Shown here: positions 1-10,817 of the stretch, piece by piece
How positions within the stretch are numbered: the first letter of the stretch is position 1
Layout of the letters: the number at the start of each line of letters is the position of its first letter
DNA from: an uncultured candidate division Zixibacteria bacterium
GTDB lineage: Bacteria; Zixibacteria; MSB-5A5; UBA10806
Assembly: GCA_963801605.1 (NCBI GenBank)
Contig: CAWDFP010000004.1
Location: 1-39,642, forward strand
DNA: 39,642 nucleotides
Reading direction: 5' to 3'
Notes under the pieces: model-generated
Told to the model about the DNA's origin: nothing
Database searches by the model: none
The model's input: only the letters and a program-made list of their open reading frames with translations
Made by a program: the position numbers and the translations under genes

Positions 1-551
1 GTGTTATGCCTGACCTTGAGCCGAGTACGTATTGTTTTTGAGTTCAATCATATCGCATGGCGTGAAATTTTTAACCACCCAATCGCGATTCATGAAGATG
101 CAGCAGCAATTTGCCGCCAGGCTTTAGCGCCTTATAAAGTTGTTAAGTACCGTTTGATTATCCGATTCCTTCTCGAAATATCCAAATGAGGTCCAGATAT
201 TACCGGCGGCTTCGAATTGGGAATCGAAATTGATCGGATCGCATATCGGCCTGAATGGTCGTAATCGGAAGTTTTATGCTTTTTACTTTTTTGAGTCCAA
301 CTCAGCGAGATACTGGCCTGTGATATCCACTCCTGTAACCTTTATACCCTTTCCTAGCCAGCGGAATGGAAATCCGTCCAATACCACAAGGGCAATCGAG
401 GAAACTCATTGCCTGGCTTGAGACCGAGCTTACGAATGATATAAGCAGACTTCGCGATTAGTAGCTCTCCCGGAATTATTCCGAAAAGAGGCCGAAATGC
501 CGGGAAGAAATCAATCCACCAGTCTTTCGATTTTGTATTCATTTTTCTCAT
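1..551 (-). CDS. Class I SAM-dependent methyltransferase, tandem copy B (3' end beyond window; frameshifted)
   Basis: ORF 354..551 (KDWWIDFFPAFRP...IIRKLGLKPG) parallels the gene at 602..1354. DNA similarity continues across frameshifts to the window edge (e.g. gccgccggtaatatc and ctttataaggcgctaaagcctggcggc on the - strand). Confidence 0.75.
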
Positions 552-601
552 CCTGTTTTCCTGCAGTTAGCAATAACTGAAAATAATGCTGCAATTGGGG
601 A

Positions 602-1354
602 TTAGCCTTTCTCCCCGATTACAAACATCATCCTGTTATTTGACCCAATTGGGTCATCTTTAGTTGAACCATAACCTTGAATATTTTTGAATCCAGCAGT
701 GATCATCATATTATAAAGCTCATGATAATGAGTAAATCCTCAACCGTAATCGTAATCTCACGTTCTTTGCCATCTTTTAAAAACTGCCAACTGGGAAATA
801 TGAGTTGATGGTCTTATAATCGATTTCACGGCTTTGAAATACCCTGATATTTTCCACTTCTATCCAGTCTCGGGGAACGAAATTCTTGATTATCCAGTCG
901 CGGTTAATCGTATGAATCAGCGCTCTTGCCTCCCGGCTTGAGCGCCTTATAAAGCTTTCTCATCACCAGCATATTATCGGATTCACGCGCGAAATATCCA
1001 AATGATGTCGATATGTTACCGGCGGCATCGAATTCGTTTTGAAAATCTATGCGGCGCATATCACATTCTCTAATGTTTACTGGGAGTTTTAACCGCTTCG
1101 ATTTTACCTCCAGTTCATCGAGATATTCCCCAATAATATCCACTCCGGTTACCTTTATTCCTTTTCTTGGCAAGCGGAATGGAGATCCGTCCAATACCGC
1201 AAGGGCAATCGAGAAAGCTCATCCCCGGTTTGAGACCGAGTTTGCGAATAATAAAAGCAACCTCGCTATTGGTAACTTTTGCGGGCATTCCGGCCAAAAT
1301 CGGTCGAAATGCCGGGAAGAAATCAAACCACCAGTCGGATTTCTGAGTGGCCAT
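602..1354 (-). CDS. Class I SAM-dependent methyltransferase, tandem copy A (frameshifted)
   Basis: Joined ORFs 1115..1354 and 904..1194. Motifs FLDCPCGIG (motif I), VTGVD, CDMRRIDF, TSFGYF, ALKPGG. Hand-read C-terminus ...MITAGFKNIQGYGSTKDDPIGSNNRMMFVIGEKG* stops at 602-604. RBS AGGAGG upstream of the start. Confidence 0.8.
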
Positions 1355-1528
1355 ACACCTCCTGCTATGCTTGGATACCTTTAGCGCCTCGAGGTTAGAT
1401 TACTACGACATCAATTAGCCCGGCAAGCGAAAAGTACGGTGATTATACAATCAGAGCCTAACACTATTCCTCGTATCGATAAGGGCAGATACTTGTAAGC
1501 GACGGCAGCCGGCCGCGCCGCCAGCGGG

Positions 1529-1609
1529 GCATGCTTTTCCGACAAAGTCGGAATAGGCATGTTCTCGAAAGAGAACATGCCGACCGCGACTCCGTCGCGG
1601 AAAGCATGC
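1529..1609. repeat. Perfect four-way-junction (cloverleaf/cruciform) palindromic element, REP-like
   Basis: Outer stem GCATGCTTT (1529-1537)/AAAGCATGC (1601-1609) encloses three perfect hairpins: TCCGAC-AAA-GTCGGA, GGCATGTTCTC-GAAA-GAGAACATGCC and CCGCGAC-TCC-GTCGCGG. Confidence 0.75.
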
Positions 1610-1639
1610 ACCGTCGGCTGCTACGCCGGCCCGGGCAGC

Positions 1640-1665
1640 AAAAAGGGGCGAGATAATCTCGCCCC
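1640..1665 (-). terminator. Rho-independent terminator of acyl-CoA synthetase gene
   Basis: Hairpin GGGGCGAGA-TAA-TCTCGCCCC followed on the - strand by TTTTT, about 25 nt past the stop at 1690. Confidence 0.75.
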
Positions 1666-1689
1666 CGCTAAACCATATCGTCACTGGTA

Positions 1690-3799
1690 TTAAGATTTCA
1701 GTACGAATCTGGCATCGACAGCCATCGAGATACGCCCATCGGGCATAACGATGAAGGGGTTCACATCAAACGATTCGAATTCCGGGAAATCGCCGGCCAA
1801 TTGCGACGAGACGGAGTATCGTTTCCTCGAGCGCTTTGATATTTACTGGAGCTGAGCCCCTGAAACCGGTCAGGAGCTTATATCCTTTGACAGACCTTGA
1901 CTATTTCGGAAGCATCGCGCTCAGTAAGCGGCTATACCTTGAACGCCACATCTTTCATCAATTCGACATTGATACCGCCAAGGCCGAACATCATGAGAGT
2001 TCCTACCGATGGGTCCTGGCTCATACCGATAATGGTCTCGACACCGCCCGTAACCATCTCCTGCAGCATAACACCGGCGAAAATATTATCTATCGTAAAT
2101 TTGCGTTTCATCTCGGCAAACGCCGCCATTACTTCATCGCGCGTTTTAAGATTCAGCGCTGACACCACCGGTATCGGTTTTGTGAACCACCCGGGTATCA
2201 TCGATTTTCATCACTACAGGTAAATTCAATGTTTCCCAAGGTGCGATCTCATGTCGGCCTCACTCACCGCTCGCATGCGCCCAGGGACTTTGATGCCATA
2301 AGCAATCAGAATATCAAGCGCATCCTGGCCGAGGATTACTTTTTGTCCTTTAAGTCTATCGATAATATTGCGGACTTTCGCGTTTATCGACTGAGAATAT
2401 AGGTGTCTTTCGCCTGCGGTCTCTCCTTTATGGCGCGATATTGTACCATCGCCGCCATTCCCCTGGCCGCGCCCTCGGGGAACGCGTAGACTGGGATACC
2501 ATTGGCGATAAAATCCTCGGTTCCGGCAATACCGCTCGGCGATCCCATCAGGCAAGCGAACACGGTTTTGCCATTCTGGATATTTCTTTACGCGCTCAAT
2601 TACAGTGTTGATAACGGCCTTATGATCCACCAGGATCGGCGGCACGAAGATAACAATGACAGCATCGACATTGGGGTCTCTTAGCGATGCCTCCACAGCG
2701 GCGCCGTAAGCCTCGGGGCCACCCGATGCTATAACATCGATAGGATTATTCACCGCCGCCATTGGCAGGAGATTGGCACGCAAATAGGCAATGGTCTCCG
2801 GCTCGAAACGGGCCATCTTCAGACCCAGCGTCTCCAGCGCATCGGTGGCCATGACGCCGGGGCCGCCGGCGTTGGTGATCACAGCAACTCTATTGCCATT
2901 GGGCAATGGTTGATTCGATAGCCCCATTGCCATATCGAAAATCTCATCTATTGAGGTCGCCCTGTATTATCCCGCATTTATCAAAAAAGGCGTTGGTGCC
3001 GACATCGCCGCCCGCCAAGACTCCCGTATGGGAGCTGATAGCCTTGGCGCCAGATTCGGTCCGGCCAGCCTTGACCGCCAAGATCGGTTTATGGGGAGTA
3101 ATTTCCCTGGCGACCTCCAAAAATTTCCTGGAATTTTCGAATATTTTCGAGATAAAGCAGGATCACCTCGGTATTGGGATCATCTTGCCAGTAACGGAGA
3201 ACATCGATATCGGAAATATCGGCCTTATTACCGACAGAAATAAACATCGACAGGCCGAGATTAAGCCTGTTGGTGTAGTCAATCACTACCTCACCCAACG
3301 CCCCCGACTGCGACATGAAGGCAATCTTGCCACGCAGAGGATTGAGCTTGGAGAAGGTACCGTTAAGAGAATTGGCGGGATCGGTGTTTAGCTGGCCATA
3401 ACAATTGGGGCCAACCATCCGCATTCCGTAGCGTTTGACAATCTCAATCAGTTCGCCTTCTTTGAATATTCCCTCGCCACCGATCTCTTTAAATCCGGCG
3501 GTAATGGTGACTATGCCTTTTATGCCTTTCTGGCCGCATTCCTCGAGCGATGGTTTCACAAGATCGCGCGAAACCACAATAATCGCCAGGTCGATTTTTT
3601 CCGGCAGGGCGGTGACATTGGGATAGCATTTGAGCCCGAGGATCGTATCCGCTTTGGGATTGACTGGATAAATCTGCCCCTTGAAATTAAAACGCAGCAG
3701 GTTATTCAGGATAACATAGCCGATTGTCCCCTCTTTGGTGGAGGCCCCGACAACCGCTATGGTTTTCGGTTTGAAAATATTATCGAGCAGATTTGTCAT
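1690..3799 (-). CDS. Acetate/acyl-CoA ligase (ADP-forming), fused alpha+beta, CoA-binding + ATP-grasp (frameshifted)
   Basis: Joined ORFs 3089..3799 (IAVVGAS, YPVNPK, MVGPNCYG, SQSGA, SVGNKAD), 2226..2933 (ITNAGGPG, NNPIDV) and 1932..2201 (LQEMV, MFGLGGINVE). C-terminus ...MAVDARFVLKS* stops at 1690-1692. Confidence 0.9.
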
Positions 3800-3948
3800 C
3801 GTTTTTCTCCTTTTTCATTATCGTGAAATTAGTCACAAATCGATAAATGAGCAAGGAAAAAGCCGATGAGGTTATCAATAGGTATGGATCCTATTTCGAG
3901 ACAAATATCGGAAAATAGAAAGGCCCTATGCAATAGGGCAAGCGATGA

Positions 3949-4764
3949 TTAAACGAAAATAGGCCCGCCGAAAATACGCCGACCCGGGAAATGGCAGAAG
4001 CTAACGCTTCTACGCGCCCAGATTACATCGTATTTGAATTCCTCTTTGATGATGCCATCTGGGAAGAATGGCCCGATACCGTTTTCGACCTGCTGCAGAA
4101 AATTTTCGAGAATATCAGGCTCCATGGCATCGCCGATGAAGGATTTAGAGCGTTGCCAGCGAATATAAGTTTCCAGGTCATATGTTTTCGAATGATAAAA
4201 CCGTTTCTGGCCGATATCGTGGAAACGGCCATCGTTGAGAAGCATACCTATATAGTCGGCGTCCATGAATTTGGGGTCGTAATTGGGGTTGTACTTATAA
4301 GTCAACTCTTCAATAAAAGCTTGATGCGGCTCTTTGAGATCTTTCCGTCGATACCAAAGCAAGACGATTCCGCCACCCGGCTTGAGGACCCGTACCATTT
4401 CAGAGAGGGAACGCTGACGGTGCATCCAATGGAAGCCCTGGGCGACAGAAATTATATCGCATGATTCCGTTTTGATCGGAATAATTTCGCCACAACCGCA
4501 AACAGGCTGAAAACATAAGTCTTTATAAAAATTTGTCCCGGCGCGGAGCAAAACCGATGAGCGGTCGATCCCGGCTACCAGTCCTGCTTCTCGCCCGCAA
4601 GCTAAAAGCTGAGTGAACAAACCCGAGCCGCAGGCGATATCGACTATGACAGATTGTTGATCGATTGAAAATAATTCGAATAGAAAACTTTTGATATCAA
4701 TAGGATACCCGGGCCTGGAGCAGGCGTAATCATCGGCGTATTTCTCGAACAGCGGTTTATCCAT
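3949..4764 (-). CDS. Class I SAM-dependent methyltransferase (Methyltransf_11-like)
   Basis: RPGYP N-terminal motif, VDIACGSG motif I, VAQGFHW, RVLKPGG. Confidence 0.85.
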   Translation of the reverse strand: MDKPLFEKYADDYACSRPGYPIDIKSFLFELFSIDQQSVIVDIACGSGLFTQLLACGREAGLVAGIDRSSVLLRAGTNFYKDLCFQPVCGCGEIIPIKTESCDIISVAQGFHWMHRQRSLSEMVRVLKPGGGIVLLWYRRKDLKEPHQAFIEELTYKYNPNYDPKFMDADYIGMLLNDGRFHDIGQKRFYHSKTYDLETYIRWQRSKSFIGDAMEPDILENFLQQVENGIGPFFPDGIIKEEFKYDVIWARRSVSFCHFPGRRIFGGPIFV

Positions 4765-5004
4765 ACCTCACCCTTCCGTGCCAGAAGACATAGACAAACC
4801 CGATATCCCACGCTTAAGATAGAAGTCTTAAACGGTTTGTAAAGAGATATTTTTGACGATGATTAACTTTTTCGCGGTACATATCGGTGTCATGGATAAT
4901 TATCTCACTCTATCTCAACATTTAACTTTATAATATTGAAGACGTTATCGTATAATTCAAGGGAAAAGCGAAAAGATTAATATTTCTGGAATTGAGGTAG
5001 ATTT

Positions 5005-5712
5005 ATGAAAAATAGGGTATCTGAAATGGCCGAATGCCAGATATGTCACTCCAAGTTTAGCCCCGATGAGCTCTTGCCGGCAACTTTCGTACACGGCGGA
5101 GTTTTGGAGATAATCAAAGGGAAATTTCCGGGCTGGTCCGATACGGGGCATATCTGTTTTAAAGACCTCAATAAGTACCGGGCAGAATATGTACAGGACG
5201 CCATGAAACAGGAAAAGGGGGATTTGACGGAGCTTGATAAAGAGGTCCTTCAAAGCCTGAATCAGGATGATCTGATATCAAAAAACTTGGGCACTGAACG
5301 AATAGAAAAAGTTACCCTCGGCGCTCGGCTGGCCGATTTGATAGCATCATTTGGCGGCAGTTGGAGATTTATTATTCTATTCGGGGTACTATTAATGGGT
5401 TGGATCATCCTAAATACCGTCTTTTTGATGCAAAAGCCATTTGATCCTTTTCCATTTATTTTGCTAAATCTGATCCTATCCTGTCTGGCGGCTATTCAGG
5501 CGCCGGTAATAATGATGAGCCAGAACCGCCAGGAGCAAAAAGACAGGTTGCGGTCGCAGAACGATTACAAGATTAATTTGAAGGCCGAGATAGAGATCAG
5601 GAACCTTAACGCCAAGATTGATCTGCTCCTGACACATCAATGGCAGAGACTGCTCGAAATCCAGCAAATCCAGATGGAACTGATGGAGGAGATGACAAGG
5701 AAGGGGAAGTGA
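5005..5712 (+). CDS. DUF1003 domain membrane protein
   Basis: FGGSWRFI, FDPFPFILLNLILSCLAAIQAPVIMMSQNRQ, NLKAEIEI signature; N-terminal CxxC...C. Confidence 0.9.
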   Translation: MKNRVSEMAECQICHSKFSPDELLPATFVHGGVLEIIKGKFPGWSDTGHICFKDLNKYRAEYVQDAMKQEKGDLTELDKEVLQSLNQDDLISKNLGTERIEKVTLGARLADLIASFGGSWRFIILFGVLLMGWIILNTVFLMQKPFDPFPFILLNLILSCLAAIQAPVIMMSQNRQEQKDRLRSQNDYKINLKAEIEIRNLNAKIDLLLTHQWQRLLEIQQIQMELMEEMTRKGK

Positions 5713-5776
5713 AGGTATCTATATATTGGATGATGAATTATGGTGACATTACAATTCTAATGTGATTGTTTTTCTT

Positions 5777-6160
5777 TGTCATTCCCGCAATCTTTAAGCG
5801 GGAATCTAATCTTTCAATAAATCGTCGTACAAATCTTTCCATTCAGGATTCATCTTCTCAATCAATTCTATTTTCCAGCGCCTATTCCATTTTTTCAACT
5901 GCTTTTCTCTTGATATTGCCGATAAGGAATTTTCAGTTTGTTCAAAATAAACAAGTTTATGGACTTTATATCTTTTTGAGAATCCATCAACCAAATCATT
6001 TTTGTGTTCGTATACTCGTTTGATTAAGTTACTTGTGACACCAATGTAAAGAACGCCGTCACGCCTGCTTGCCAGAATATAAACATAGTATGATTTCATA
6101 ATAATTAATGACTAAAATTCCCTGAACTTAGATTCCCGCTTAAAGATTGCGGGAATGACA
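5777..6160. mobile_element. Putative minimal element: GIY-YIG gene bracketed by perfect 33-bp inverted repeats
   Basis: TGTCATTCCCGCAATCTTTAAGCGGGAATCTAA (5777-5809) is the exact reverse complement of TTAGATTCCCGCTTAAAGATTGCGGGAATGACA (6128-6160). Each copy is itself a hairpin (ATTCCCGC-N9-GCGGGAAT). Confidence 0.6.
5806..6099 (-). CDS. GIY-YIG nuclease family protein (small, stand-alone)
   Basis: YYVYIL...LYIGVT..LIKRVYEHK, LVYFE, AISREKQLKKWNRRWK, NPEWKDL. Confidence 0.92.
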   Translation of the reverse strand: MKSYYVYILASRRDGVLYIGVTSNLIKRVYEHKNDLVDGFSKRYKVHKLVYFEQTENSLSAISREKQLKKWNRRWKIELIEKMNPEWKDLYDDLLKD

Positions 6161-6211
6161 GGAAGGAGAGGAGGAGAATGGTGGGGAGTAGCAAGAGCGT
6201 CTGATGACACA

Positions 6212-8034
6212 TTATTTCACCAAAACCAGCTTTACTAACGCTTGCCCCTCCGCTGCTACGCGCGCGAAATAAATGCCGGACGAAACCCCGCTGGCATCCC
6301 AGAGCGCTCGGCCGTGGGGGGCATGGAGTGAAGTGATAATTCTTCCAGTGATATCGTAAATCTCAATCTCAGCATTTTCGTTTCCTGAAAGCGTTATCGT
6401 AGTGGCGGAATTGAAGGGGTTAGGATAAGCGGACATTGAGATTTCTTTTGGCAATTGCTCCTCATTTCCTTCTATCGCGGAATATCCAGGAAGATAAGTG
6501 AAGGAAAATACGGAATCAGGCGCGTTTGATGGTGAATTGGAAATGTTTTGCCATTTGTCAGTAATACTATAATAGTAGTAAATCGTCTCTCCGCTATCTA
6601 CCTCAGGAATAATTCCATAATAGGTATAGGCTCCCGTATAATGCATGGAATCCGAGTTAAATGAAGTACCATTTGTAGAATAATGAATATGGCAGGAAAG
6701 TTCATAAGGAGAAGCGATGCCGTCTTTGGCTATGAGCCTAACCGAATATGGTCCCCTCAATGTATCAATAATCGGAAATATATAGTGATTTATCAAATAA
6801 GGTGGAATGGAGTCTGGCAAATTAAGCGTATTAATAAAAATTGAATTCTTACAAATCCCTGCACCAACCCGAAACGCATCCTCATCTCCATCCCCGTCAA
6901 AATCACCTACCGCAATACTCCTAGTATCGCCCGATTGGCTCGGCAACCTTAATTCAGTTTGATCGCTAAAATGCCCAGTCCCGTCATTAATAAATAGGAA
7001 ATCAGGATGATCGTTAATCGTACCTAAAATTAGGTCATCATCTCCGTCATTATCAAAATCAGACGCCTTTATATCGTACGGCAAACCATTTCCGGTTGGA
7101 AAAAATGGTCCCCTTGCTTCGGATTCATCGCTAAAATGCCCTGCTCCGTCATTTATATAGAAGCCTAATCTATAGGCAAATGATTCTACAATATCGAAAT
7201 CACCGTCATTATCAATATCCGAAAAATTAATAGATGGCGAATATAGGGTTGATTGGGGCAACCCGGCTGAAGTCTCGTCAATAAAATAGCCTGTACCATC
7301 ATTAATGAAGAGCCTACGGCCACTGCGGCCGTTATTATCATATGAAGCTAAAATGTCGGGATCAAGGTCGCCGTCGACATCTGCCATTTTTATGCAGCGA
7401 TATAATGTGTCGATAACAGGTAGCCTATAAATCTCGTCATTAAAGTAACCCAATCCATTATTTATCCATAATCTATGCGATCTTGGCGCTACTATGTTGC
7501 CTAGAAGGCAGATATCAATATCGCCATCTCCACCAATATCGGCATAGTCTCCTGTTAGAGAATTGGATGTGTCACGTGGTAATCTCCCCCAATCAATACT
7601 AAAAATACCATTCCCGTTATTAATAGCAATATAATCTGTCTTATAATTATAATTCACCTTAAAAGCATCAAGGTCACCATCGCTATCAATATCAAAAAGT
7701 AGGTCGACAGACGTTTCATCATTTCTTTGGGGGAAATACGCCTGGAATCGGTAAGTATGAAATAACCGTCTCCGTTATTTATAAAAAGCTGTGCGTTGCC
7801 CGGGAGACCTGTAATATCCGGAAATTGCCCCACCAATAGGTCTGGGGTACCGTCGGCATTTACATCTCCTTCGGCGACCGACAATGAGACTGATACGGTA
7901 TCGGAAAGCCTAGCCACAGACTCGTCTATCAATTGCCATTCTTCCTGCGCAAATGAAGACAAATATAGTAAAGCTATAAAAGCAAATACTGCCGGAATAC
8001 AAATATAAAGTTTTCTATCATTCCCTGATTGCAC
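6212..8034 (-). CDS. FG-GAP/VCBS repeat protein with T9SS type A C-terminal sorting domain (frameshift near 7650-7750)
   Basis: Signal peptide ending LSSFA|QEE. Repeated D(V/F/I)DxDGDxD and (F/Y/W)INDGxGxF motifs. C-terminal AYPNPFN...IYDITGR...SSGIYF...KLVLVK. Joined ORFs 7654..8034 and 6212..7657. Confidence 0.85.
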
Positions 8035-8081
8035 AGTAACCTGCTTTGCGGAATGATTTGAATGGTTATATCCAAACTACC

Positions 8082-9329
8082 TTACCCGCTCATGCTTTCG
8101 AGGAACTTGGCGTTGGTCTTGGTCTTCATCATGCGCTCGAGCAGGAATTCCATGGCCTCCACCGGGTTCATCTCGGTGAGGAATTTTCTCATTATCCAGA
8201 CCCGGTTTAGTTCATCGGCGGTCATGAGTAGTTCTTCTTTACGAGTACCGGAACGGTTGATATCCATGGCCGGGAAGATACGACGGTCGGCAAGCCTGCG
8301 GTCGAGCACGATTTCCATGTTGCCGGTGCCTTTGAACTCCTCGAAAATAACGTCATCCATGCGGGAGCCGGTTTCAACCAGCGCCGTGGCGATAATGGTC
8401 AGCGATCCGCCTTCTTCGACATTTCTGGCGGCACCGAAGAAACGTTTCGGTTTCTGCAAGGCGTTGGAATCGACACCGCCCGAGAGAATCTTGCCGGAAT
8501 GCGGCACGACAGCGTTGTAGGCGCGCGCTAAGCGGGTGATGGAATCAAGCAGAATGACTACATGATTCTGATGTTCAACCAGACGCTTGGCTTTGTCGAT
8601 CACCATCTCGGCTACCGTAACGTGACGGTCGGCAGGCTCATCGAAAGTCGAGGAGACGACCTCGGCCCTGACCGAGCGCTTCATATCGGTAACCTCTTCC
8701 GGGCGCTCATCGATGAGGAGCACGATCAGTTTCATATCGGGATGATTGGTGGTGATAGCGTTGGCGATTTTCTGCAGGATAATTGTCTTGCCGGCTTTCG
8801 GCGGCGAGGTAATAAGACCGCGCTGGCCGCGGCCGATAGGTGTCAGCAAATCCATGATGCGGGTAGTGGTGTCCTTGGAGTCGTGCTCCAGGCGGATTTT
8901 ATCCTGCGGATAGAGCGGAGTCAGGTTATCGAAAAGCACCTTGTGCTTGGCGATTTCCGGATTCTCAAAATTGACGGCCTCGATTTTCAGGAGCGCGAAA
9001 TATCGTTCGCTTTCCTTTGGGGGACGAACCTGCCCGGAGACCGTGTCGCCGTTACGCAGGTCAAAACGCTTGATCTGTGATGGGCTGACATAGATGTCAT
9101 CGGGACCGGGAAGATAGTTATAATCGGGGCTGCGCAGGAATCCGTAACCCTCGGGCAGGATTTCGAGCACGCCCTCGGCGAAGATCAGACCGTCCTGCTC
9201 GGTTTTGCCCTCGAGGATTTTGAAGATTAGCTCCGATTTTCGAAGGCCGGAGATTCCGGGAATTTTGAGTTCCTCGGCGAGTTCAGTCAACTCTGCGATT
9301 GTTTTCGATTTCAGTTCGACAATGTCCAT
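8082..9329 (-). CDS. rho: Transcription termination factor Rho
   Basis: [51 protein letters not shown]; 415 aa, intact. Confidence 0.99.
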   Translation of the reverse strand: MDIVELKSKTIAELTELAEELKIPGISGLRKSELIFKILEGKTEQDGLIFAEGVLEILPEGYGFLRSPDYNYLPGPDDIYVSPSQIKRFDLRNGDTVSGQVRPPKESERYFALLKIEAVNFENPEIAKHKVLFDNLTPLYPQDKIRLEHDSKDTTTRIMDLLTPIGRGQRGLITSPPKAGKTIILQKIANAITTNHPDMKLIVLLIDERPEEVTDMKRSVRAEVVSSTFDEPADRHVTVAEMVIDKAKRLVEHQNHVVILLDSITRLARAYNAVVPHSGKILSGGVDSNALQKPKRFFGAARNVEEGGSLTIIATALVETGSRMDDVIFEEFKGTGNMEIVLDRRLADRRIFPAMDINRSGTRKEELLMTADELNRVWIMRKFLTEMNPVEAMEFLLERMMKTKTNAKFLESMSG

Positions 9330-9390
9330 GATAGTATTCCTCGTTAATATGAAAAAGCAGGCAAAGATAGAAGTCTATGTCGCGGGATGA

Positions 9391-9732
9391 TTATTCTATG
9401 GTTTCGATGGGAGCATCGCCCCAGAGCTTTTCGAGCGCATATCGTTCTCGCACCTCGGGACGGAAGATATGAACCACCACGCTGACATAATCGAGAAGCA
9501 CCCAATTGAGCGCCTGATACCCCTCCTTATGCCAAACCTTTACTCCTTTATCTCTTAGTTTATCAACAATGTTATCGGCGATTGCCTTGACGTGAACGTC
9601 GACAGATCCTGTGCAGATAACGAAATAATCAGCTACATCGGATGCTTTGCGCAGATCGATAATTTTGATATCGATTCCGCTTTTATCCAGAGCAGACTTG
9701 CTTACCGCCCTGGCGATACTCTTGGGGGTCAA
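9391..9732 (-). CDS. rsfS: Ribosome silencing factor RsfS (Iojap)
   Basis: ADYFVICTG, HVKAIAD, WVLLDY, VVHIF, RERYALEKLWGDA. Confidence 0.95.
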   Translation of the reverse strand: MTPKSIARAVSKSALDKSGIDIKIIDLRKASDVADYFVICTGSVDVHVKAIADNIVDKLRDKGVKVWHKEGYQALNWVLLDYVSVVVHIFRPEVRERYALEKLWGDAPIETIE

Positions 9733-9733
9733 A

Positions 9734-10252
9734 TTAAAGCGACGCCTCCTTTGTTCCTTTAAGTTTGGCTACATATATGCCGTAATCCTTGCCGGCGATA
9801 ACTGTGACATCGATATTCAATAAGTTTTCTTCGAGCCTTAATACGATAACATCTTTTTCCAATATGCCCAGCCTGTTGGCCACTCCACGGGCTTCATCGG
9901 ATATTTTGGATGTGCCCTTAGTCGAACCGCGTCGATCCACGACAGTGGTCTTCTCGAATGTGGCCAGTGGAGTATCGCCTTTTTCGATTATATCGTAAAC
10001 CTGGGTACTATCCCCCGGCATGAGAGCATCGGCCAGCTTTTGGGCAGCGCCGCTGTCGCCGCAGCCATTGAGTACCTGCAATGTCACACTCGTCGGCGGC
10101 TTGATACTTTGATGCACGCTTTTCGCCGGACTCCAGAAGAGCGATCCGATGAATACTACTATAACCAGTAGCAGGAAAACTATTATCCATCCTGCGAAAC
10201 CGGAAAAAAACGACCTATTAGGCCTGGCCCTGAGATTATTATGTTTTTTCAT
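9734..10252 (-). CDS. LytR C-terminal domain membrane protein
   Basis: Single N-terminal TM helix, QVLNGCGDSGAA, IDVTVIAGKDY; commonly adjacent to rsfS. Confidence 0.8.
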   Translation of the reverse strand: MKKHNNLRARPNRSFFSGFAGWIIVFLLLVIVVFIGSLFWSPAKSVHQSIKPPTSVTLQVLNGCGDSGAAQKLADALMPGDSTQVYDIIEKGDTPLATFEKTTVVDRRGSTKGTSKISDEARGVANRLGILEKDVIVLRLEENLLNIDVTVIAGKDYGIYVAKLKGTKEASL

Positions 10253-10305
10253 TCAATAGATTGATTGGGGTTGAGGAGGGTACACCCCGCGGGAAATGAT
10301 TTTGT

Positions 10306-10761
10306 TTAGTGATAATCCTCCCAGAATCCCGGGTTATAGTAACCGTTGTAGCCTCCGTAATTGGTGAAAGGTACCTGACGGACATCGAGCCGGAAATTGA
10401 AATTCGGCGATGGTCTCCAGTCGACAGAGACGCCGGGGATAAATGTCCCGGATTTGGATACTCCCGAACGGCTGGAAAGCATGGCGCCGGGATTATGCAA
10501 AAATCCCAGATCGAGCCTGACTTTCAATGGACTGGCTATCGTGTATTCAATTGAATTGAGATAGTATCCCACACTGCTGCTGCCGCCCCGTCCCGAATAA
10601 TAGCCTAACGTATAGCTCTGGCTCATTTTTAATTTAGAGGGATCGAAAAGAGAGAAACTCTTTTTAGATAAGTAGCTTGTATCCTTCAGGTCAGTACGGC
10701 TCTGCGCAAACACAGTTGCCGCCGTAAACAGCAACACCAAACAGAAAACCATTTTTTTCAT
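10306..10761 (-). CDS. Exported hypothetical protein
   Basis: Signal peptide MKKMVFCLVLLFTAATVFA|Q; beta-strand-rich mature part (FDPSKLKMSQSYTLGY, VDWRPSPNF). Confidence 0.75.
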   Translation of the reverse strand: MKKMVFCLVLLFTAATVFAQSRTDLKDTSYLSKKSFSLFDPSKLKMSQSYTLGYYSGRGGSSSVGYYLNSIEYTIASPLKVRLDLGFLHNPGAMLSSRSGVSKSGTFIPGVSVDWRPSPNFNFRLDVRQVPFTNYGGYNGYYNPGFWEDYH

Positions 10762-10817
10762 AATTTCACCATCGGAATTATATTTTCAAAAGACCCTCTT
10801 GTCAAATGATATTACAG

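Noticed and set aside
1529..1609. Cloverleaf as a tRNA gene
   Set aside because: Loops are 3-4 nt, with no 7-nt anticodon loop, no TTC T-loop and wrong arm lengths.
1411..1684. Short ORFs 1411..1611 and 1451..1684
   Set aside because: They run through the palindromic element and terminator and have no recognisable protein features.
8062..9080. Long + strand ORFs opposite rho (also those opposite secA, the kinase and etfA)
   Set aside because: Antisense shadows of GC-rich, codon-biased genes with no independent motifs.
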